DNA from: Lama glama
Taxonomy: Eukaryota
Direction: 5' to 3'
Assembly: GCA_028534125.1 (NCBI GenBank)
Contig: CM052850.1
Coordinates: forward strand, 9,052,001 to 9,116,000
DNA length: 64,000 bases
The position numbers were made by a program, and so were the translations under genes. Positions within the stretch are counted from its first letter, which is position 1, and every line of letters starts with the position of its first letter. Shown here piece after piece: positions 14,913 through 26,600 of this stretch. The notes below the pieces were generated by a model. The model did not search any database. It was not told where the DNA came from and worked only from the letters and a program-made list of their open reading frames with translations.

Positions 14913-16641
14913 CCACACCACTGCTTTTGGTGTCTTCTTGCCTTTTGCCAACTCACAGGTGCAGTTAGCGCCGGCCCGTTTACCTGGCGGTACAATGACA
15001 ATCACCAGCCAAATCAAAGCAGCGTTTTCCCCCCAGGTACGTGGCTGTGAGTCACAGGACTCCCCAGAGGGACGGTGCTGAGGAAGTCTCTGTTTCCTAG
15101 CAGCCCAGCATCTGCTCAGCACCAGGGGTCCGGCAGCCCCCTGGCACTGGTGCCTCCCAGCGCGCATCAGGTAATGCGGGGACAGGAGAGCCAGGGAAAG
15201 GGGCCTAGAAAGGCAGCCCGGCACCAGTACCCCAGGGATCAGCCCGAGTGAGGTCGTGTGCCCTCAACAGACCAGCTCTCCAATCCCTTGGCCATGATTT
15301 GGCAGGGATGAGGGAGCACAGAATCTCCCAACGCAGAGGTCCAGGACGGCGGTCCCTTGGGCCCCGGTGGAAGCCGGCCGGAGGAGCGGCGGCTGCTCTG
15401 CTGAGCCCCGCTGGCAGCGCTCGCACTCCAGGAAGGCCCCGCGGCCGTGTGCGGGGCCCAGGGAACATTTGGACGCTGCTCAGTGAGAACACTGTGGGCC
15501 TCCCACTCTTTTCCAAATTGCAAAATCAACAGATTTTTAGGCCCCAGGCAGCTTTTGTGTCTGGAGCTGAGAGCACTTTTGTCTTTAAAAGAGGAAAGAG
15601 CAGCAGGCAAAGGAACGATCTCCTTGGCTCTCACTGGCTCTCCGTTGCCTCCGGAAGGTACCCACAGAGAAAAACACGGGGGGAAGAAAACACAGCCCTT
15701 AAAAACCTGAAAGAGTAGTTTTCTCTGTTGTGTTATATGGAGCTTCAAAAGTATACTTTGCTAGCAGCTGTCTTGAGAGGGAGAACCCACTGCGGTGATG
15801 CCTCTGTCGCTATCTTGAGGTCCTTATGTCCGTCTGGCCCCCAGCGCTTGCCAGGCTTTCTTGACTCTGTGCCTGCTCGGGGCTCCCGCTCGGGAGCGTC
15901 CCTGAAAATGACCTGGGGCTGAAAATCAGGACCTGATATAAAGCACTGGAAAACGTGACCTGATTGAAAACAGCGTGGGAGGGGCACTCTATGGCCTTGA
16001 CCCATCCAACAACCTGCCACTTAATCTGGTCTCAGTATGGCGACAGGATCGCGATTCAGTGGTACCTTGCGGTAGAAAAAACAACAAACAAAAACAGGTG
16101 TGTGTGGTGGCGGTGGACGCAGCTGGTGTGTCCCTTTAGATGGGGGACACGTGGAGGTGTGGGAGCGTACACTCCCCTTGATTTGTTCAGATATGGGCTG
16201 CAGTATTATAAAGGGCTACAGAAGAAACTTTTTCTTGTTCAGCGATCTTTTCTTTCTGGGGATGAGGGTGGGGTTCATGTCTTTACAACGGATTCACAGT
16301 TGCAATGGTTTATTTCAGAATCTCAAGGACCTGGACTAAAGATTTCAATTTTCTGATTTTTTAAAATCATACTTAGTGCTGAGTTATAAAACAGATGCTA
16401 GCAAGCATTTTTCAGACTCTGGGATAAAGAGGCGGTAAGTACGGGCTCCAAGCTCATTGAAGGTATCCATGTTTGTAAATGAACAACAGAGGCTACTTCC
16501 CTATCTCCTTTTGGCTTTTAACTTTAGGATGTTTGTTGAAACACCCCTCAGTGTATATGTGGCTCCTGCGGCTTACAGACATTTATTTATAGGTGGAACT
16601 CCCTGAGGAAAGGATGCAAAGTTTTGTTTATTTTTCCCTAC

Positions 16642-16662
16642 CTTTAGTTCTCTTTTCTCCAT
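16642..16662 (-). CDS. C1orf105: C1orf105 ortholog, coding part of exon 1 (MEKRELK)
   Basis: Minus strand reads ATG GAG AAA AGA GAA CTA AAG|gtaggg. This matches the recalled human C1orf105 N-terminus MEKRELK and its syntenic position just 3' of DNM3. Confidence 0.85.
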
Positions 16663-19094
16663 CTCCTGGGTGTCCTGGGTGTTTCTGCCTGGAGACCAGG
16701 GAACTCTAACTCCTGTCACTGCGTCCAGTGGAAGACCTCTGTGGAGGACCTTCTGAATCTCAAGCTTTTTTTTGTTAGAAGCCAAAGCCAAGTTAACAGA
16801 CGACTCCAGGTTCAATACCACTGTGTCCTTCTCAACCAGCATTTGAGTGATTTGGAGTCTCGTATTAAACTATTCCATTAGGAATGCAAGGTTTGGTTTC
16901 TGACTGGCTGAAATGAGTTCCATTGCTGCATTCTTTGTCAGAGGTCAAAATCACCACGTTCTGGAATGTTAGCAGGCTCTGGGTCAAGCGGATAATTTGG
17001 TTCTAGGACTCAAAGAGCAGCTTCAGCACTGCAGTCAGTAACAGTTCTCCCTGGAAAAATGACCTAAGCTTTCTCCTGTCATAGCTCTGTTCTGTAATTG
17101 CTTAGATATTCGGTCAGCTACTTTTATCCTGTTAACTTCTCTGGTGTCCCCAGTAACTAGGATGTTCTTACAAATTCAAGAAAGGTTTGATGCATAAATA
17201 AAGGGATCAGAATATTTAAGAAATAGGGTGTTTATTCAAGATAATGTAGTTTATTCCTCCCGGCGATCCTCAGTTGCGGGCAACTCGGAAGAACTGTCCG
17301 TCTCCAGCTCTCCATCCAGGACTGAGGTTGGAGCTGGCGGCAGGGACAGCCAGGGAAGGGTGAATGGGGTCGTGAAACACAGAGACACTACAGACAGTGA
17401 AGAAATAGGACCAAACCTCCATTTCATTTTACTCCAGTCTGCTTCCTTCCCCCACCCCCTTTCTTCTCTCCTGCTGCCGAACGTGAGGAAGGGGCTACAC
17501 CTTCTTGTTGAGGAAACTGAGTAAGGTCCCCAGGGAACCCTTTCATTCTGTGACGACTTGAGCTTTCCTTTCTCATGGTCAGCAAGTCAATCTAAGTTTT
17601 AAACATCTACACAGTGTAACACGGCGTATAAAAATAAGTTCACGTTTAAGACACAGCGGAAAAGGACTAAACACCTTAAAACAATGAACTGGTGGAAACC
17701 TCCCCTTTAACCACCTCTGCTTGTGTCTGGGGAGGTGGTATGATATGATCCAGGAACACTGTGTCTGTTGGGATGAGAATGATCTCAGACGAGAATGCTA
17801 CCCGATCAGAACGCTGATTAAGAAATCAAATGCCTCGACGGGAAGGGAAGGCAGGCGCAGCAGACTGGGTCTTGTGATAGTTGGCATCAACGCAGTCACC
17901 TCCAGGTAAACTGGAGCTTTGGTTGACCCTTGGCTCTGGCGCCTTTGAATTTTCCTCTTTGTTAGTGCTTCTCACTCACAGTCACTGGACCTGGGATGCA
18001 CGTTCACGTGGACCTGACTTGCCATGTGAAAATTTCAAACCTGAGAAATAAAATGGCTTTTTATTGCATTTTGGGGAGGAGAACGTAGTCCTTAGATTTT
18101 TTTGGCCCAGGTAAAGAGCACTGTTAGTGAGGGGTCCCCGTGGTTGAACGGGGTCCCTGCCCACATCGTCCATGCTGCCTCTCTCCGCCAGGGCTCACAC
18201 AGGCCAGGCATGAAGTGAGTGGACCATGGAGTCTGGATGAACGGTGTGTTTGTCTTACTATGCTACAGTGAGGCACGTTGGGAAGCGATCTCATCTAATT
18301 TAGACCAGGTAAATCTTCAAAAAGAAAATTCTGAATGAAATCTCAAACTTTGGGGAAGGCTTCAGATCACATACTTGGCAGGAGGGGCTGTATTACCCTA
18401 ATAATAAACATTTTACTTGGATAAATCTTTGGGATTTGTCTTTAATGATAGCTTAAAATTTCAGTGTTGGAATTATCATTTGAAGATTAAGGTATAAAAA
18501 TAAGTTCTCTTTTCCTATAAACTCGTATAAACTCTGATCTTCCAGCATTTACTGACATCAGTAAGACTCTTTCCTCTCAACGTGGCAACATTTCTTTGTC
18601 TTGTACTTTTATCCCAATGATGTGTTTCTGCCAAATAGAATGTGTGAGATTTCTGTGTTTCAGACCTACAATTTCTCCTGTAATGTTACATCTTTTGTCT
18701 CCATAGTCTTACATATTTTATCTCTCAGAAAAGTCATACAAATAGGAAAAAAATGTCTTTGTTCAATAATTATTAATGGGATTCCTGGAGACAGGCTGAA
18801 AATTTCAGGCTTCTGTGTCTTTTCTTGATACCCAGGATTTTTACTTCATCTTTCACTCTTCTGTTGGACAGACACTTCCACTGAAGATAATTATTCTCCA
18901 CCAAATAGAGTCTTAAATCACAATGCGTTAAGAACTTAAAGTCAATCATTTTCAATTTAAGCTCCTTAAAAGATCAAATTATGTATTTTTTCATCTTACC
19001 TGGTTTTGAAACAAACTCCTATTTTAATTTTGGTCTTCTTGAGAAAAAGAAACAGAACACATTTCCTTTTTTTTTATATAGAATAGACTTTGTT

Positions 19095-19100
19095 TTTATT
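19095..19100 (-). terminator. DNM3: Poly(A) signal AATAAA of the DNM3 distal last exon
   Basis: tttatt on +, about 120 nt past the stop codon. Confidence 0.65.
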
Positions 19101-19216
19101 ATAGACAGATCAAAAATAAAAGTTTTTATGTACATATGACATATAGTGCAAATGAAAGGCTTTTAAATACCACATGGACATGTTGTCAGAAACAAAAGGA
19201 GATGAGTGATGGGGGG

Positions 19217-19253
19217 TTAGGATGGTCGTCCTGGAACTGCAGGAGGGGGTCGC
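19217..19253 (-). CDS. DNM3: Dynamin-3 distal alternative last exon encoding (R)RPPPAVPGRPS*
   Basis: Very long U-rich tract ...gttattttgttttgttttcactag|G CGA CCC CCT CCT GCA GTT CCA GGA CGA CCA TCC TAA. Phase-compatible with the PRD exon, proline-rich, and followed by its own AATAAA. Confidence 0.8.
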
Positions 19254-22200
19254 CTAGTGAAAACAAAACAAAATAACAAACAGAAAAACACAGATGCAGA
19301 GGAAGAAAACAATGTTTAAATTATAAAACAAATGCAAGTAAGAGCATGCAAAAATATCTCACAAAAATCAAATCCAAATCAGACAAGAAACAAGCAGACA
19401 TGCAGGGGAAATGAGAGAGGACCACATGGCACCGTAAGCAGCTCCTAGCACATTTCCTGAACCAGCCGTGTGCTGGGTTTGAGCCAGCTGAGCCCACTCG
19501 AAAGCCTTATTATTCTGTACCATGGATAATAAATCCACGCCATCCTATTCAGAGCAATGGGAACAGGACCAGAGCCACATACCTTTATGACTTGAGTATT
19601 TGTTTCCTAGCCCTGATTTTGTGATTTCAATAAATGTTGTGAAATCTCCACAGGGGGGGAGGGAGTGGATACAGACATATGACCAGTGGAAAAAAAATTT
19701 TTTTAAGATGAAGGAAATTAGAAGGTGGCAGGAGATCAAATGAGCAATGTAATCACAAAGCAGAAAATATCAGGGGCTGACCTTAGAGGATTTGTAAAGC
19801 AGAATTTGCTCCACGTGAAAATCCTGATGTGACAGCCTTTCCAGGCCCAGGGAAAACTACGAGGCTACATCTGGTCCATGGTGACCCCAGGATTCCGTGA
19901 GATTTCCCTCCGTCTCACGCTTAAGGGCAACTGAAGGTCCCATTTATTTTGAACGGGGTCCAGGGTAAATGAAATCTGGTTTGCTGGCTCTTCCTCCGTA
20001 TCCCTAGCCTGGCTGGCATCTTGTCCCACTGCTTGTGAAGTAAGGGTCCAGAGCTGTGCTTCATTTTGACATCAGCCCCTCTGGATGATGTGATGCTAGG
20101 AAGATACAGTAAATGCTATGTGGCAACGGACAGTTCTGTAAGTAAGAAAACAGCAGGCCCAGTGAAGCTGCCCCACGGGTTTCCAGCAGACATCTACACT
20201 TAATTTCCTTTTTCTAAATCGGTTGGTAATGAGCTCAACATTAGGGCAAGCCATAGAACTCAGAGGCTGGTTCAGCACCCTGCTCCCTGCAGAACTTCCT
20301 TCTGGCTACACATCCAGGTGTTCAACAACATATTCACTTCCATTTTACTTCTGTTAACACCTCAGTGAGTGGAGCAATGAGGTCTACAAAAAAACAAAAA
20401 CAAAAACAAAACTGCTTTTTCATCTTCTAGGAGATGTTAATGGATCCAAACTTACCGGGCTATTTCTCAGCAGTGGTTAAAAAAAAAAAACAAACAAAAC
20501 CGATCTTACCTTCCCCAAAGTCCAAGACCAATTTTAATTTGGTCCAATTTAAGCTGGCTGCACTTAAGGAGGCCTCCCATCCATTTAAATGATGAAGAAC
20601 TTGTTATTGGTCCATAACCTTTCAACTGCGGGGGGTCTGCAAGCCTTTAGCTTTAGAGATCCAGGTAATGGGTGTCCCTGGTGTTTTCATGAAGAAAGTG
20701 TAATTAAATTCCTGTCAGGCTCAATGAGATTTATCACCTGCCCAGCAGACAGAAACTATTTTTGAGTTCTGAAGGGGCTTTGGAACACTTTAATGACCTC
20801 AGCAGGGCGGGGAGGCGAGCCGTTAAACTGAACAGCGAGTCCACAGTGCTGAAGGGACATTTTGTCAGCACAGGCCAGAGCGCTTTCCTGCCTGAGTGCG
20901 TTCGGTGTTCTAGGCCAGAGGGAGGATCAGAAACCTTATGTCATGGAGGACACTTCACGGACAGCCAGGATGTCTGCTGCGGGCAGCAGCGTGACGTTTG
21001 TCCCCTTCGCTCCCTTCTCCTCCTCTTCACTCAACCTGCATCTAACTTTCCTCTCGTTGCCAAAAAATCATCGTGGACGAGGACACCGTGCCGTGGGTCA
21101 GAATAACTTTTGTTCTGGATCTCGGCAGTCTGCGTTGTGACCATTTCTTTTCCAGAACTTTCTGTACAACTTAACACAATGTTGAAGTGCTTGAAGGCAA
21201 GGGCTGAAAATACTGAGGGTTTTTATAGGAAGGGCTGCAAAGGCGCCTCATATGGTTGCCGCCTCTAACGTGAACGGTGGAGTACTGAGTCGGGACACCG
21301 AGATGCTGACCTGTCTTAAAGCTCATCATTGCCAGCATTCACCACACAAGCGAACTCCAGGCACTCAAGATTATAATTTCAGGTTATACTTTCTTGAGCT
21401 TTCTGAAAAATGACTTCATAGAATCGTTTGGCCAAAACAGGAAAGGTAAGGTGGCAGGACAATCTGTCTCTGGAACATGGGCATAATTCCTATAATAAAG
21501 GTTTAATTATGAACACGAATGATGAATTACCCACATCCTCTGGGATCTACCTCAGTGCTGCAGTCCGTTCTTATGGTGACATTCCTCCGGCAAAAACCCC
21601 AGGAAGGTCTTTTTTAAATAATATGTATTTTTCCTTTTCTGTTATCATCTCACAAAACAGTCTTTACCTGTTCTCTTTGCCAATCACTTAGATAACTTAA
21701 TATCCCAGGGCGGCGGGTGAGCCGGAAGGCTTGGGAAAGAAAGGCAAGAAAGCAATATGAATACTCATGCTTCTCAACTCCTCTCTCTTGATCTTAACTT
21801 TGGAGTCAACCTAGAGCCCTCCTTCTGCAAGAAGACAATGGGGTAATGTAATTAATTTAAAGGGGTTCATTTTTGGAGACGGAGAGAGAAAAGCTAATAC
21901 TGAAAAGTATCCGAGGCCTCCACCAGGCTCCCTAGGAGCCGCTGTGTGTATGTCTCTATCTGCTGCTCTGGGACCTCCCTCCTGGAGTCTCAGACACCAC
22001 TGTGACCAAGGACAGAGCTCCAGGAGGACTGTGCTGAGTTGGGAGCTCTGGTTGCTACCTACTACATTTGATTTTATCACACAACTTTTTGTTAGTGACA
22101 GCCTGACTGATATCACTCAGTGCCTTTTCCTTCTGGCCTAAAGCCACTAAAGCAGTGTTTCCGAAGGCATGTCCCTGAGAACACTGGTCCTGGGAGAGGC

Positions 22201-23624
22201 TCTAGGAACAAAGCATTGTTAGTCAAAAAAGTCTGAGAAACACGTAGACACTAAGCCTGCAATCTGATATTAAAGCTTCTGTTAAGTCTTCCACTAAAGA
22301 AACAATTTTTAGTCACCATTTCCCAAGTATATTTAATCAAGAAATCCTTGGTGTATGTGTGTGTAAAACTTATTAAAAATCTCATGGAATGGATTTTGGG
22401 AAACCCCAAATTAAGGCTGTAGTTTTAGCCAACGTGTCTTGCAGGTACTGTAAGTATCAAGCTGCCTGAGTGTGAAAGAACACCCACGAACGGCCTTAAA
22501 GGTGGCGATGCCAGGTGTGGGGTGAAGTCAGCACTTCCCAGTATGAAATTCAAAGATTCCGGCAGAAAAACAAGAATCTCAAAAACGAACTGATATTTAC
22601 ACTGTTGTCAGAACTACTTTTAAAATACAAATGGGAGTTTGCCAGACAGTTACAGTAAGGTCCTTTGGTTTTGTTAATTTCCATCAAGAACAGTTCTGAA
22701 TATGGAATCATGCAGTCACACATACACACGCACACACACAAAACACAAGTGCACAGCACGATCCTCATCGTGACTCTCCCTTCCATTCGCAAGTCTCCCT
22801 TGAAGGCATTGATGGCTCCACCCATGGAAGATGGATCGATATGAGAAAGAAATTACAACAGGAAGGCGTGAATTAATCCAGCAGTCTTTCCCATTCATCT
22901 TGTCACAAAGAGCTTATCTTGAACACAGAGGGAAAGGGAACCAGCATTCCCCACCCCACCCCCCTTCCTGCCTTCTGCTTTCAGATGGCAAAATCTGGGT
23001 CTCTATATGTTGATAGGGGACCTATCATTGAAACTCTTGTAACAAAGGACCTTTCTTTAGTCTCTGGAAACCCGGTTAGGATAAGGACGTGTGATGACCG
23101 AATACTCTGCCATTATCTTAATACTGGGGGAACGGAAAGGGGTAACCTCTCCCCTCAATGCCCAATGACTAAACAATGGAGGCTGGCTGTGGAGTCAGGA
23201 CCTCAGTTGTTTTCTGTAAGAAATGTCTTCTGTAGACCTAACGTTTGCACAGAGTACTCTTCCTCCTGCTACTTCCCAGTTTTTCATGACCATCTCCCTT
23301 TCAGTGGCAAAATATCACAGTGCGTCTTGGCAGGTGTCACTTTGCACCCTCCAGCTGTCCAAGGTTTATGTCCTTTAACCTACTACAACAATGACTTCAA
23401 ATCAGGACTAAAATGTCTCCCGCTCTCCTGCCCTTGATTTGTCTAGTTTGCGCCTGTTAAAAATCCCATCCTTCCCCAAGTTCTTGACAGTAACGCCAAA
23501 TGCTACCTTTCTCCGCATTGGTAATTCTGGGCCAACTGGATCAAAAGAGTCACAAATATTTAGAAGTCTCAGATCTTACCGATAAGCATAGACACGACTC
23601 AGATATGTACAGGAATGAGGAAGG

Positions 23625-26600
23625 GGGAGTCCTTCAAATGTATCATTTATTTCAGGTTCAGAAATACAGCTTCACATTTTCACAATAGGTACATGTGACC
23701 TTCAAGAATGATACAGGCTTTAGGAACTTGCTCCAAAAATTCCATTCACAGAGTCCGTCCATATATCAGCATTAAGAAATCCTGAAAGTGCCACGAAGAC
23801 AGTGGAAAGTATTCCGGCTCAAATTAATTCATCAACAGAGAAGATAAGATTTTGCTTTTGTACACTGCTTCTTTATATACAAAAAGCAAAAGAGGATATT
23901 GATTCAGAAAAGGGAGAGAAAAGAAACATAGACAAGCGAGTAAAACAAAGGCCGTACGTGTGAAATTAAACGCAAATCAAGTAACAGTGGAATTTCTGCT
24001 TGGGAGGAATCCTTTCTATCAAATTGGCAACAGACAACGCAGGAGGTTAGACAGGGTAATTTTATCATAAGTTTAAAAACATGATATAATGTGCAAAGTT
24101 TAAGGAATATGAGGGTAAAAATCAGAAAGTAATGAATGCCTTGGGCCGAGCCACGTGTGAAATCCCAGATCAGACTGGCGAGAAGTCTCGCCAATGTACC
24201 AGCGTGAACAGGTCCTAAGACAAACAGGAAACTCTTCCTTGAGTTTCCTCTCTCTTGCTCTCAACATACACACCTTCCTACACACACATATACATATATA
24301 AATATCAATGCCTATACTATATATGCTTCAAAATATTCTTAAAGTTTCACAATACAGAGCACCACATAATTTTAAACATACCAGTTAGACACGATGACTG
24401 AAGATTATCTAGAAGACACATTTGAGCTTTTAAGAAACAAATGAGTGATATAAGCGACCCAATTGTCGTTTCTCTGAAATCATCTCGCTTCCTTCACACT
24501 CAACTCTGAGCTCACTGCTTGCAGTCCTCTTGGTGAAATGACATAACTCATGGCTTGAGTCTCAAACATTATCTTCTTTCACTGAGCTCCATACTTGAGA
24601 GGTCTAGTATTTAGGTATTATTCTCCACGTTAAGGAGATGCCTGTCAATGTCAAATAATTACATTGTTTGCCAAATGAAAAATGTGTACCTGAAAAAGGG
24701 GATGGATGCCCTGCCTCTCAGGTATCACATAACTTCTTTCCTGCATTTTAAACAAATTTACTCAGAAAAATCCTCTACTTGTATCATATTGCTGTTTCCC
24801 TCTACTGTATTTTTTTTTGACATTTACCGTTGAGAAAAAAAATGACTATGTAGACCAACTTAGCTTTCTAAGACTCAGCCCAGCAAGCGAAGAATAATTT
24901 ATGATTCTAATCAGGGTTCTTAAAGGTAGGCTTCCAGATCTGACACTTGTTTTGCGCTATGTTGGCAAAGATAATTTCTCCTTAGATAGCAGTGCTGTGG
25001 ATTCAGATGTAAATGCCTGTCAGTGTTATTCTGCCATGATGTCATGGAAATTCTGAGCTCTGCGTCTCTCAGAATGAATCTGCAGAAAATGTGGTATATC
25101 TCACGTACATTAAGAGAAATGAACCACCGTTATCACGTGTTATGGCAAATACTCTAAAGCTAACTCTTGTATTAGCACTGTTTAAAAAATAGATTCATAC
25201 CCACACGTACAAAGCACATGTGTACATAAATATTTACACCCACACATATACATATATGTACAATACACATACAATCACACTCATGCTTGTGGTATTTTAA
25301 CATGTGATTTTAAACCTACTTACCCAGAGGGGCACAAAATATATGTACTTACAGAAACAAATATACTATGTAATTCCAAATATATGCCGTATACATAGAG
25401 ACACATGCATAGAAGATGTGTGTGTACACAGAAAACATCAACATTTATCACATACTGGTATTAGGTCCCATTTCATATTTGAGAATTATGGCTACAGTCT
25501 CTACTAAAAAGTCATAAAATAATCTATATGACTACTTTTTAATTCTAAGGTCAGAAGGCTTACAGTTATATCACAGGAACTTGGTTTTATTATAATGCCT
25601 TGGAATAGAATGAGCTTGTATCTGAACAAGCAGGCAATACGCTAATTAAACAGACCCTACCGCTCCTTTTTCTATGTTACGAAACACAGCTAAAAGCAAT
25701 ATTCAGAGGAGTAGCCTTGGTAGCTGACTTCTGGAAAGGTAATGTATCTGTTTTAAATCGATAAATACTATGTCAATCGTCTGTCCACAATTGAGTAAAT
25801 GGTTATTCCAATTAGTCAATAATGCACAATTTAGCATGTGACAGTGAAATAGATGTGCCTACCAGATAAACATCAGTTAATTTTTCCAAATCCTAAAAAC
25901 ACTGCATGTTTCCTTACACTAGACGTGATGGAGCTGCATCTGTTGTATAGACAACGTCAGAGCAATCAGCTGGGAGGAACTTACACGGAAGATTTGAAGT
26001 GTATGGGAAATACTTAGAAAGCTCATTAAGCTACATTGCCATCTTAAGCCCTGATATATACACTGTACTTCAAACACTGCACATTCTAGAGCTTCTGACT
26101 TCATTTATATTGGCATCTCCTTTGGGCAGGATGCAAACCCTTTGGGAAATGGCATTAATACTAATCATATGACACAGGACTGCAGCAAACTGGAAACATT
26201 CTCCAACATGACTGCTGAAATCCCAGGGGAGGCTGGGTTCTACCAGAAATAACTTAGAACTAAAATAAAACAAGGATGTACACACACAAGAAGAGATAAT
26301 TGCGACAGCGAAACTGTGGGATTGTAATCTGAGAGCAAAAGCCAAAGATGACACATGCATAAAGTCAGTGGAAAGAAACTTGGAAAAAAATCTCCAATTT
26401 TCTTTGACATGGTTTGTGCTGATCTGAGAACACACCAGTGGTTATCCGCAATATTTTCCTTTAACAGAAGGACATTTTTGAAATACAGCAAAACACAAAG
26501 TCATATGTTGCTCAAAGCCAAACCCTGAAGTATATAATCCGTTAGCTGCCTATTTTAGAGAATTCCAAGGAAGAAGCAAAGGGAATCCTAAAAAGAGAAT

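Noticed and set aside
18773-18860. Possible extra DNM3 tail RRVKDEVKILGIKKRHRSLKFSACLQESH* after ccaacag
   Set aside because: Weak pyrimidine tract and lies beyond the distal poly(A) signal; the resemblance to VKDE in the real exon at 43287 looks coincidental.
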